This document shows positions 48,000-59,327 of a stretch of DNA of 64,000 bases, one piece after another. The stretch is from Mobula hypostoma (Eukaryota), in contig NC_086121.1 of assembly GCF_963921235.1 (NCBI RefSeq), positions 29,326,001 through 29,390,000 on the forward strand, in the 5' to 3' direction. Each line of letters opens with the position of its first letter. The first letter of the stretch is position 1. A program made the translations under genes and the position numbers. The notes beneath the pieces were generated by a model. It did not search any database. It had not been told where the DNA came from and saw nothing but the letters and a program-made list of their open reading frames with translations.

Positions 48000-48863
48000 C
48001 TAGTGTGAGGAACAATGCAATGATTAACATGTTCACATTAGAAACACGCTGCTTACCCCAGAGATGTCAATAACTGCCAACATCTATTAGGGCCATTTTT
48101 ATTTCAAAAACAAAGAAAACTTCAGTTAAAATTGTTCCAACAAGCAGTTTCTCTGTTGCAAAGAAGACCAACAAGCCAATTTGATTTTTAAAATTTCTCT
48201 CCATTACTTTCTTCTCCACTTCAGTCATGCTGCTAACTGCTCTCCGCTTTCACCAAAGCTGTGACCACTGCCTCACGTGCATCTCCTTTATCCTAAAATG
48301 TTGAAATCAACATACACTATTGTCTTCTATTCCTTTGTGAACAATTAGACCCCACAATTTCCAGCAGCAAACAACCTCTGCCTGACTTGGTCAAACTTTT
48401 TCCATTGTGGATGCTCAGAAGTGCTGGGAAATGCAAGACAAAAATACATCTTTTAGTTAAATTCAGGACCACGAAGTGGACTTCTGGAAAAGTTAGTAAA
48501 AGTAAGTAACGCCAGGCCTGAGAAACAGAGGATTGCGCATTTCAGCTATCCATTCATAACTCACACACTTTTTCAAGTCATGGTTGAGAATCTGTTGCAG
48601 AGTGAAATTTTTTTGGAATTAAACTGCAACAATGTGCCTCGACACCAACCTCTGAAAATATTTCTAATGCAGAAGTATCTCCTTTCCAAACCAGTTATTC
48701 TGTGGCCTACATTTACACTGAGACTCATGCACAAGAACAACAGGGTTGACACTGCCTCTGATCACAACACCCAAATTTTGTTTCTTGAAGATTCACTCTC
48801 TAACACAGCATGTGTCGCTTGGCTTCTCTAACCCGAGGGAAGTAGAAAGACAGAGCGAGATAC

Positions 48864-48980
48864 CTTGCAATCATACCGCTGCTTCAGCTCCTGCACGTCT
48901 CTGCCCCTGACTTTCATGGCCAGGAATTCTCTCTTAGTCCTGGCGTACTTCTCCTTCAGTCTACTGAGATCCGGGGAAAG
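48864..48980 (-). CDS. ARHGEF10L: ARHGEF10L exon ([39 protein letters not shown])
   Basis: ctcAG/GTATC, 117 nt, phase 0-0; close to the remembered human ARHGEF10L segment LSPDLTRLKERYARTKR...YDCK. Confidence 0.92.
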
Positions 48981-49512
48981 CTGAGCAGCAACCGGGAGAG
49001 GAGGATGAGCACAGGAAAGAGAAAGAAAGAATGGGCAGCAGAAGAATAGAAGTGCATGAGAGTTAGTGACGTAGCATGTGAAGACACTATGTGCTTTAAC
49101 ATTCAATGAAAAGTCCAGTATTGATACTGCAAAAGAACTGCAGGCAGAAATGTGATAAATGCCAGGGATCAAGTTAAAACTTGGTGAGGTTAAATATAAG
49201 GCTGCTTTACCAATAATGAACCAAGTGACATCTGCATGTGAGATTTACTATCACTAAACATCAGGCAGTATTAAGTGCAAGGGTGGAACATACACAGTTG
49301 AAGCAAAGTCATTGTCCCATGCAGAAGAGACAAATGGCCAAATGCCTGTGAAAAACAGGTTATGGATCTAGAAAGGTAACTAATCAATTGAAAAATAAAA
49401 GCAAAACGAAACACACAAAATAAACCTGGAAGTATTCTATCATTTGTGTCAGATGATAGTACATATCTACAAAGCATCTCAGGTGTGCTACCAATGACAG
49501 GTTCCCCTAAAC

Positions 49513-49592
49513 CAGGGGTTCCCAACCTTCGTTACACCACAGATCTCTACCAGTAGCCAAGGGGTCTGTGGACCCCAGATTGGGAACCCCTG
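49513..49592. mobile_element. 80-bp hAT-Charlie-type MITE
   Basis: Perfect 14-bp TIR CAGGGGTTCCCAA.; 8-bp flanks CCCTAAAC/CTCTAATC with central TA. Confidence 0.75.
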
Positions 49593-52500
49593 CTCTAATC
49601 CCACTTATGCTAGCTTAGCAACAGCTCAATTATTATGACACAACCAAGATCAGGATGGATAAACCCCACCTCGGCAAGATCAATCCCAACTTTAAGCCAT
49701 CCCTAAGGCTGTCAGTGGAGAATAAGCAAGTGGAGGTCATAGAGGGAAGCAGTAAAGATACCTCATTTAATATACTTAAGACACAGTGCAGTAGATTTTT
49801 GTATAGTAGGAGAATAAAGCCCAATGTGGAGCTGAATCCACGGCCAAATTAGCCATGACCTTATTGGATGACGGAGCAGGCTCGATGGGCCAGACGACTT
49901 GCTGCTGCTCCTGTTTCAAAATGTTATTATGCAAATCTAACGTTTGCTTCAGTGTATGATTTGGCTTGCCTCTTGGTACTGTACTTACAAGAGCCATCAA
50001 GATTAATTCCATCTTGGCATTAATGAAATATGGACTTCGTAATACACTTCAGATATTATGCTGCACAGAAACTGATTTTCATACTTATTCAGTAGCTTAG
50101 TCAGGTTAAATAATATTTATCTTACAACCTCCTATTTTAAAATGTGTACCACTGTACTATGGAAAGCACTTGCTGTGCAATCCCAGTCCCCCCACACATT
50201 GTTGGTCTTTATTCTCAACAGAAGGAACAAGCAGCCCATCAAAATATTTCAAGGATTTGGTCCTTCCACTTCAGCCCTTTTAGCAATAACCCAAAACCAC
50301 CCGTGCAACCAATTCATCTCTGAATGACCAGCATTTTAAAACTGTCAGTAATGCAGCATGAGGTACAATGATAGAATGGATTTATAATAAAATATTATCA
50401 TTACCTTAATGTTCATCAAAGATCATTGAAAATAAAAACATTTTTATTAGCTAAATAGGTTGAATTGTCTAGAGAAAGCAGTGTGCTTTTACAGAGAATC
50501 AGAGTGGTCAGCTGGAAACAAACACCTGGCACTGGGTATTTCTAAGTCGTCCTCAGAACCTTAGCACTGACAACACAAATTAGCACAATATGATCTGAGA
50601 ATGGGTGAACCAAAATTGTAGTAGAAATTAATGATGATTGCTTTCATTTTCAGTCTCTGGTGAAGAAATAATGACCCCCTGGTTGAAGTGGGGTTATTAT
50701 TACCCCACACTTTTGTATAACTAGCATTATTCATTTGTAACTGTATTTAAATACATTGCAGATATTTTGTGGAAGAAACTGTTTGAAATACCCAGTCAGG
50801 ATTACTGCATGTTGACAGGCTAATCAGCTCAACCCATCCATGCCAGCAACAATGTTCCTCTTAAATTTCCTCCTGTCTTTCTTCACGTAAATCTATCAGC
50901 GTGACTCTCTGCCCCTATCCCCATCGCATGTTTATGTAGCTTCTCCTAAAATACATCAAGTTTTTACAAATTATTTCCTACTCCTCAACACTCTTGGCCT
51001 CTGGTCATTTCTATACTTTGATAAGTGGCTGAGTGTGGGTGGCATGTTTAAAATTGAGAAGAATCTGCAGCGACTCAGGGAAATATCTTTTCACTGATCA
51101 TATTGCCTTATGAAACTCTCCTGTACTAATCCACGCTCAGCCGCTGAATAAATTCCTGTTAAGAGCATCTACCCATCTTTGAGTCCAGAATTTCTTCAAT
51201 GTTATTAGTACTTTAATTAAAAATGTCAGTAATTCACAACAAAAAAACACTAGAAGATAAGAACTTGAGTGGACCACCATGCCCCCCTCTAGACTGCCAT
51301 GTCATTCAATATTATCATGGCTGGTGTGCACCAGGTACTACCCACCTTCTCTGCCAGTTCACCAGAGCCCTCAATGCCACAATATTTTAAAAGTATTATC
51401 TACTTCCAATAACATAGCCACAGCTATCCAGGGAAGAGAATTCTACAGATTCACCATAGAACATCTACCTTATCAGCAGTATTAGAAATGACTCCCTTTC
51501 CTCATTATCCCTCAACTGAAGCAATTAAGAGTCAAACACATTAATTGCTTAGAAACAATCACTAGACAAGACCAGCCCTGAAGAAGAGTCTCAGTCTGAA
51601 AGACTTATTCATTTCCATAGATGCCACCTGGCCTGCTAAGTTCCTCCATCATTTTGTGTGTGTTGCTTTGGATTTCCAGCATCTGCAGAAGCTCTTGTGT
51701 TTTAGATTAGACAAGACTAGATAGCGTTTCCTTCCCTATAGAGCATTAAGAACCAAATGGATTTTTGCAAGTTATGATGTTATTTTTACTAATAACTGCA
51801 AGTTTCTTTAATTGAATTTAAAATGTACCATAGTTGGATTTGAACTATGGCCCAGACCGCTGGACCCAAATCCAACGATTAAACAACATGACTGTCCATG
51901 TCATTCAGTTACTAGTTGATGCCCTTCCTGCAGCAGCACTAATTTTACCATTGCAGAGCAAACTATAAATAAGATCTAAACCGACAATTGGCCTAATTTT
52001 TCTCCAATCTTCGGCCATTTAGGCCAATATTAGGTCTTATCGAGGGAAAGGCAGGAAAATGGGGTTGAAAGGGATAATAAATCAGCCATCATCGGATGGT
52101 GGAGCGGACAATGGGCTGAATAGCCTAATTCTGCTCCTGTGCTTTCTGGTCTTACCAGGAAGAAGGCAGAATAAAACTCAGCTGAGCGGAAGGTGTACAC
52201 TGCAGAGCAACTTCCTGGCATTACTTTAAAAACAAAAGCAACATTGAAATGGCTTATCTAGGCAAATCTATCTCAGCACAAGCATGTCTATCATTAAATT
52301 ACCAGGCCTTTTTTTTTTAAAGAATTCTTTCTACATTTGGGTAACTTCATCCATTTCACAAAAGCTTGCCTGTATTTCACATGTTATGCAACCAATATCC
52401 AAATTTCCGTAGGTGACACAGTTCCAAGTCCAGGCCTCATCTCCCTGATTCACAGAAATCTAGCCCCATCTGCAAAGCCAGACTTCAAACAAAACAGAAG

Positions 52501-52770
52501 TAAATCATTTGGCTCATTGGCTCCATGTTCTCAGCAAGCAAACCCAACGGTCCCATTTTCTCTGCTCTCGTTTCTTTGCAATTGATTACACCTGTAATTC
52601 ATTTTCTTTCATGTCCTCTAATTCCCATATGTGCCTTGATTCTTTTTCCCCAGTAGCTTACATTAAGTGGTAATTTACCACCACCAATTAGTCCACTGAC
52701 ATGACTTCTGGCAAGCTCTCCCTATACAATTCAACTGATTAATGACATTATCAATCAACATAATTTTCAC

Positions 52771-52946
52771 CTTAGGCTGAAGGACCACTCTGTATTTTTG
52801 ATGCTCTCCTCCAGGTTTAGTTTCTTCATCAGACTGCTCATCATAGCTCTCAAACTCACTGGAACTCCACCCTTCCTCCAGTGGATTTGGACTGATGCAT
52901 CCCGTTTCTCGTTGTACATCTTCATAAATCAATTCATCCATCGGCA
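52771..52946 (-). CDS. ARHGEF10L: ARHGEF10L exon (PMDELIYEDV...GWSSSEFESYDEQSDEE...LQPK)
   Basis: cacAG/GTGAA, 176 nt, phase 1-0; GWSSSEFESY motif. Confidence 0.93.
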
Positions 52947-53419
52947 CTGTGAGACGTAACATTTGGAGCACCATTGAATGATAACAGAAGCTGTGACATT
53001 ATCAATAAGCTCTCCGTGGCATTTAAGTGAAAATAATTAACTACCAGACGCTTATCAAGAACACTGGGGAATTTTAAACAGGTGTTAGCCAGTAACTATT
53101 TTCATAAATGAATAGCTACAGATAGAATGCAAACTTAATACCATTACAAAAAGTAAGTCTACATTGATTGTGTTCTTGATAAAATTATACACGTGATAGT
53201 TAGCATTACGAACAATTTAAAAATTGATGATCAAGCAGGACCAAAATGGGCTTGTTGCGTCCCATTGAGAAAGTTCAGTATTGATGAGTATTTAAGGTTC
53301 AGTGTTCAAAGTGACTAATAGCACACACACTTGAAGGGACTGAAAATAATCCTTAGTCTGGTGCATGAAATGTGCAGTGTTGCATAGCACCTACCTTCTG
53401 AAATCTTTTTCCATGGAGG

Positions 53420-54990
53420 ACACGTTAACATGGAAGGGAGCAAGTGAGGAGATTGCTGGAGTTTTGACAAGTTTCTTGTGTTCCCACTAGTATCAGGCGA
53501 AGTCCCGGAGGACTGGAGAGCAGTAAATATTGTGTCTTTGTTCAAGAAAGGAAATAGGGATCATTCCTGTTAATTATAGGCCAGTAAGCCTATGGGGAAG
53601 TTATTGGAGAGGATACTGAGGGATAGGGTTTATGCACATTTGGAAAGGCATGGCCTGCTTAGGGACAAACAGTATGACCTGTGCAGGGCAAGTCATGCCT
53701 TATAAACTTGATTGAGTTTTTTTTTTGAGAAGGCAACAAAGATTCAGAGAGCAAGGATGGAAGGCTGTCATTCTTCTGGCTGGAGAGCCATGACTCTCAA
53801 TGCCCCGCAAGGATTAGAGCTGGGATATTGGTTGTCTGTAATATATATCAATGATTTAGATGAAAATGTAGATAGCTGGTTTACCAAATTTGCAGATGAC
53901 ACCAAGACTGTGGAATAGTGTAAAGGACCATCAAAGTGCAATATAGATCAGTTCCAGATATAGTGGCATATAGATCATTTATAGATATGGGCAGAGAAGT
54001 GGCAGGTGGAGTTTAATCTGGCAACTACGAGGTGCTGCACTTTGGGAGTTCAAAGGAAGGAGAAAATATACAACTAACGTTGGGCACATTGATAGCATTG
54101 AGATACAGAGAGATCTTGGGGCCAAGGTCCATAGTTCACTGAAAGTGGTTGAGACAACATATGGAATGTGAAGGGAATTCTTTCCTTCATTTGGAGGGGC
54201 ACTGAGTACAAGGGCAAGGAAATCAAGCTGCAGCTGTAGAAAATTTTAGTCAGACCGCACTTACAGAGCACTGTGTGTAGTTCTGTTGCCCCTTTATAGG
54301 AAGGATGTGCAGACAGTGCAGAAGAGGCTTACCTGAAGGCTGCCTGGATTAGAGGGCATGAGCTACAAGGAAAGGTCGGATAAATTTGGGTTGTTTTCGT
54401 TAGAGTATCGGATGCTGAAGGGAGACCTGATAAGAGGTTTTCAAAATGACGGGATACATAGACAGTCAGGATCTGTTCAAACGCCAGAGGACACACTTGC
54501 AATATATTTATTTATTTAGATATGGCGTGGAATAGGCCCTTCCAGCCCTTCGAGCTTTGCACCGCCCAGCAATCCCCAATTTAATCCTAACCTAATCACA
54601 GGACAATTTACAACGACCAATTAACCTACCAACTGGTATGTCATTAGACTGTGGGAGGAAACTGGAACACAGGGAGGAGACCCTCGGGGAGAAGATACAA
54701 ACTCCGTCCAAGCAGCATCGGGGGTCGAGATGGGGGAAGGTGAAGTTTAAGGTGACAAAAAGGGCTTCTGTTTTTTTTTAATAACACTCAGAGGTAGGTG
54801 CCTGGAATAGGGTAGTAGTGGGATCAGGCAGGTCAGTGGCATTTTACAGGATTACAGATGGACACTTGAATAAGAAGGGAATGGGTGGAGGGGATATGGC
54901 TGATAAACAGGAGGATATTGAATATATTGTAAATTGGCATCCTGATTGGCACAACATCATGAGCCAAATGACCTGTGTAGTGCTCGGTTT
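53420..54990 (+). mobile_element. CR1 LINE RT/3' fragment with internal deletions and a minus-strand V-SINE inserted at about 54505-54725
   Basis: EVPEDWRA, LFKKG, NYRPVSL, IYINDLDENV, KFADDTK; SINE with (TTTA)n tail and ctgtgggaggaaactgga. Confidence 0.78.
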
Positions 54991-55211
54991 TAAGTTCATG
55001 AGAACATTCGGCAAGCACCACAGAGGGCGAATTTCAAGCCCCTGTTATTTACCACTTCACTACTCTACTTCTGGGTTATTGGTGACATAGGACTTGAAGA
55101 AGTAAATCACAAGAGGTACAAGGAAATTATTAGGTCAATACTTTAAAAAAAATGTAACATACAGTAAAAACTGTGCCCGGCTTTTGCCAAGTTCATGGAT
55201 GAAAGCTGATA

Positions 55212-56000
55212 CAAACAAGAGAAAATTTGCAGATGCTGGAAATCCAAGCAGCGCACACAAAATGCTGGAGGAACTCAGCAAACCAGGCAGTGTCTATGGA
55301 AAAGAGCACAGTCGATGTTTCGGGCCGAGACCCTTCATCAGGACTGGACAGAAAAGATGAGAGGTCAGAGTAAGAAGGTGGTGGGGGGGGGAGGCAGAGG
55401 GGAGGAAGAAATACAAGTAGTATGTGAAAAGTGAAACTGGAGTCGGGGGAGGGGTGAAGTAAAGAGTTGGGAAGTCAATACGTGAAAGAGATAAAGGGCT
55501 GGAGAAGGGGGAATCTAATAGGAGAGGACAGAAGACCATGGAAGAAAGGGAAGGGTAAGGAGATAAGGCGAGAGAGGGAAAGGGGGATGGGGAATGGTGA
55601 AGGGGTGGGAGGGTGGGCGATTACTGGAAGCTCGAGAAATCAATGTTTATGCCATCAGATTGGACGCTACCCCGACAAAATATAAGGTGTTGCTCCTCCA
55701 ACCTGAATATGGCCTCATTGCAGCAGTAGAGGAGGCCATAAACTAACATGTCGGAATGGGAAGTGGAATAAGAATGGGTGGCCACTGGGAGATCCCACTT
55801 TTTCTGGTGGACATAGGTGCTCAGCGAAGTGGTCTCCCAATCTACGTCAGGTCTCACCAATATACAGGAGGCCACACTGGGAGCAGTAGACGACCCCATC
55901 AGACTCACAGGTGATGTGTTGCCTCACCCCGAAGGGCTGGTTGGGACCCTGAATGGTAGTGAGGGAGGTGGTGTAGGGGTAGGTGTAGCACTTGTTCCAC
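55212..56000 (-). mobile_element. Penelope-like element 3' fragment (GIY-YIG C-terminus plus pLTR)
   Basis: YIGET...LGDHFAEHL and DLPVATH...RLEEQHLIF...DGINIDFS; pLTR with hammerhead motif. Confidence 0.82.
55309..55346 (-). ncRNA. Minimal type I hammerhead ribozyme motif, on the host sense strand
   Basis: CAGTC CTGATGA A GGGT-CTCG-GCCC GAAA CATC GACTG: 5-bp stem I, intact core, AUC site; activity unproven. Confidence 0.65.
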
Positions 56001-56198
56001 TGATATAGCAATGAGCTCATGCATGTAATTGTCTACCAAAAGAACCAAACCAACATCAAAGCAGCACTCATGTGTTGTAGAACATGGGGATATGATCAGT
56101 TAAACTGTCAAGTGTCAATGATATCCTTCTTGATGCAAATCTGGAGATTGAAAGCAAGGAAAACAAGCCTATACACACGTGATAGAGCAAATTCCTAC

Positions 56199-56294
56199 CC
56201 TGCTCCTGAGGAGATTGATCGTCATGGGCAACATCATCGTAGATTACATCAGCCTGCATATCCGGTGATATACAGGGAGTCACGACAGGCTGAG
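56199..56294 (-). CDS. ARHGEF10L: ARHGEF10L coding exon (5'-most found; QPVVTPCISPDMQADVIYDDVAHDDQSPQEQ)
   Basis: Acceptor ctcttttcAG, donor GTAGG, 96 nt, phase 1-1; VIYDDV motif of the ARHGEF10/10L N-terminus; joins next exon in frame. Confidence 0.85.
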
Positions 56295-57761
56295 CTGAAA
56301 AGAGAGGCAGATAATTATTTAAAGTAGAGAATGACATTGTTGCAATCAATTTGAATAGCTGATGCATCTATTCCAATGACCCATGATATACACTTAACCA
56401 TACATGCACAAGAGCAGGTGGAACTAACAGGAAATTAAAATTTATCCAAGTAGCTAATCCCAGTCATGCCTTCACTTAATTATTGGACATTTAGATTTTA
56501 TTGGTATCAACTGAAGCTTTAGATTTATTTGATGTCTAATCCAAAAAAAATTACATTGGCGTAAACTGTTGTCTGCAGAAACAGTTTTGTTTGGAGGAAA
56601 ATATGATTATGATGTATGTTTGTAATGTTGACAGACAATGCTAGCCAATACCTCCACCCTAGTGCCTCTACAGTACATGGGCTTCCCTCCACCTCTAGTA
56701 CCAAATGGCCTTCCCTTCTTTCGCATGTGTATTGGCCTGAACCAGTACAGAGACTGTCAAATAGAGATAAAAAATTCAAGCTGCAGAAGGGGGCCCACTA
56801 CTGACTAAACACAAAGCCATATTTCAACCAGTCCCCATTCTCCACTCCCAATTTGTTGACCTATGATTCAGGTCCTCCTGCAAGAACTTGCCAACTTTTG
56901 AGATGCACTAATTTATGCTCTACTTCCCTTTTTCTAAATTGCTGACTTTACATAAAGATACCACAGTGAAACAAGGAGGTTCCACTTTATACAAATAGCA
57001 TTAAGCGCCGACTCGATCATACAATACAAAAAAAGGCATTTCCTAAGTGGATTTGAGTGAAATATCACAAGTCTACCATAGGAAACCAAAAAAAAACTTG
57101 GCATGATAGGAAAATGACAAGCCAGTAGAGGTTAATAGACGAGCTCGAAACATGTTCCAGAAAATCCTTTGCCTCTTCCCACAACTTGCATTGGCAGTGG
57201 CCTTGGCAGCAGGGTCACTCACAATTCCCAAAAATAGAAAGAGGGGGCAGACTTTTAAATGTAAAAAAAACTATGATCATGTGATAGAAAGGGCACACGG
57301 AGAAGTGGACAATTAATAGCTTTAAGTGAATGCAATTTAAACAAAATGTGATATATTAAAACCAAACAAGAGAATGAGCAGCCAATTTGTAAAATAGGGA
57401 GTGATAATGAAATAACCAAACATATTTGGCCATAATTTCAGATAGAAAAAAAAATTCATAGCCTAGTGCTGGCACAAAATGAAACTTGCAAGGAATTTAG
57501 ACAAGGGAAAAAATAATTCAAGTAATTAAAATATTTTCAGAAGGAATTACTCAGAGTGATGCAACATAAGCATCTCATGCAAATAGGCAGAGAACAGGAA
57601 ATAAAACTCAATGAACAAACACATACCGTTTCTATCACAGGCAGGGTAAAAATGGATCAGGACAGGGCATGTGACAGCTGCCATTTAAAATAAGACAGTG
57701 AGCAATTCAGTTAAAAATTAATGAGGAGATGTTTCACCACCCAAATTAACGAGTCTGCTGA

Positions 57762-58218
57762 GGCTACCCTCAGGTGGAGGAGCAAGGCCTTATATTCCTT
57801 CTGGGTAGCCTCCAACCTGATGGCATGAATATCAATTTCTCATTCCAGTTAAAGAAAAATCCCTCCCCCTTCTCTCTTCTTCTATTCTCCACTCTGGCCT
57901 CTTACCTCTTTTCATTTGCCTATCAACTCCCCCTGGTGCCTTTCCTCCTTCCCTTACTCCTATGGTCCAATCTCCTCTCCTAGCAGATTCCTTCTTCCCT
58001 GGCCCTTTACCTTTCCAACCCACCTGGCTTCACCCATCACCTTCCAGCTATCCTCCTTCCTCTACCCTCACCTTTTTACTTGGTATCTTCCTCCCCTGCC
58101 GTGAAGAAAGCCTCAGCCCAAAACGTCAACCGTTTATTTATTTCTAGAGATGCTGCCTGAGCTGCAGAGTCTCTCTCCCTCTCCCTGGATTTCCAGCATC
58201 TGCACACTTTCTCATGTT
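57762..58218 (+). mobile_element. Penelope-like 3' fragment with pLTR
   Basis: EEQGLIFLLGSLQPDGMNINFS; decayed hammerhead about 58095-58132. Confidence 0.72.
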
Positions 58219-58265
58219 TATGATTTGTTGAAAATTAAACCTTATTTTTCAGAAATTCATAACAT

Positions 58266-58552
58266 TGTGGCGACCCACTTTCTGGCACCCACAAACCGGC
58301 TCACGAAACAGCGCGCGCAGGCAGAGAGCCGGCAGCAAAAAGGGCGCCAGGCCATCTTCACCAGCAGGGGGAAAATCCCGCGCGCAGAAAGGGTCTGGGA
58401 ATATGCATTCCCCACAGTAGTCCCGCCCAGGGAGGGCGGGAACGGGAAGGCTTTAAAGCGGGCCGCCAAGTTTGAATAAATCGCTTTCATCGCAACTCTA
58501 ACTCACAGACTCCGTGTGGTTATTCTAGCGCTGTGTGTAGCACATCGCTACA
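58266..58552 (+). repeat. 5' LTR (287 bp)
   Basis: Direct repeat of 62359-62645; TTTAAA box and AATAAA 58475-58480. Confidence 0.97.
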
Positions 58553-58565
58553 ATTGGTGACCCCG

Positions 58566-59297
58566 ATGGCCCAAACGATATTTGGACCAGAGATGACCGA
58601 CGCTGCATCTGTTCACGCAGTTTCGTTAAAACTGCCAAGCTTCTGGACGCTGCGACCCCATTTATGGTTCGAACAAGCAGAAGCACAATTCCACATTCGG
58701 CAGATAACCTCGGAGTCCACTCGCTACTACTACGTGCTGAGCTCCCTCGACCAGGAGACTGCTGCACAAGTTGAGGAGTTTATACAGTCGCCCCCGGAGG
58801 ACGGCAAATACACAGCATTCAAAGCCCTGCTCATAAGGACTTTCGGACTCTCACGGCGCGAACGAGCACGCCGCTTAATGCACCTGGATGGTTTGGGAGA
58901 CAGGCCGCCGTCAGCATTAATGAACGAGATGCTGGCCCTGGCTGAAGGACACAAACCCTGCCTCATGTTTGAGCAGGCGTTCCTAGAGCAACTGCCCGAG
59001 GACATATGCCTGCTGCTGTCCGACGCAGATTTCAGCAACCCCCGGGAGGTGGCGGCCCGAGCAGATGTGCTGTGGAATGCCAGGAAAGAGAGAGGGGCAT
59101 CCGTCGCACAGATCACCAAGCCGCGTGCCCAACGACAGACCAGACCGGGCCCAGCAGCAGAGCCTACAAAATCCGGCGACGGGAGTGAGGAGCCCAACGA
59201 ACAATGGTGTTTCTACCACCAGCGGTGGGGCACGGAGGCCCGCCGCTGCAGACCGCCCTGCAAATTCCCGGGAAACGCCAGGGCCAGCCGCCGCTGA
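58566..59297 (+). CDS. Gag (CsRn1 type)
   Basis: KLPSFW...[20 protein letters not shown] and [18 protein letters not shown] (Cx2Hx9Cx3C); start at ATG 58566 or 58593. Confidence 0.9.
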   Translation: MAQTIFGPEMTDAASVHAVSLKLPSFWTLRPHLWFEQAEAQFHIRQITSESTRYYYVLSSLDQETAAQVEEFIQSPPEDGKYTAFKALLIRTFGLSRRERARRLMHLDGLGDRPPSALMNEMLALAEGHKPCLMFEQAFLEQLPEDICLLLSDADFSNPREVAARADVLWNARKERGASVAQITKPRAQRQTRPGPAAEPTKSGDGSEEPNEQWCFYHQRWGTEARRCRPPCKFPGNARASRR

Positions 59298-59327
59298 TGG
59301 CTACGGCGGCTGGCCATCAGGACAGCC
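59270..59327 (+). promoter_or_regulatory. -1 ribosomal frameshift signal
   Basis: In-frame G GGA AAC heptamer 59270-59276; 5-nt spacer; 12-bp GC stem 59282-59293/59304-59315; pol lies in the -1 frame. Confidence 0.8.
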
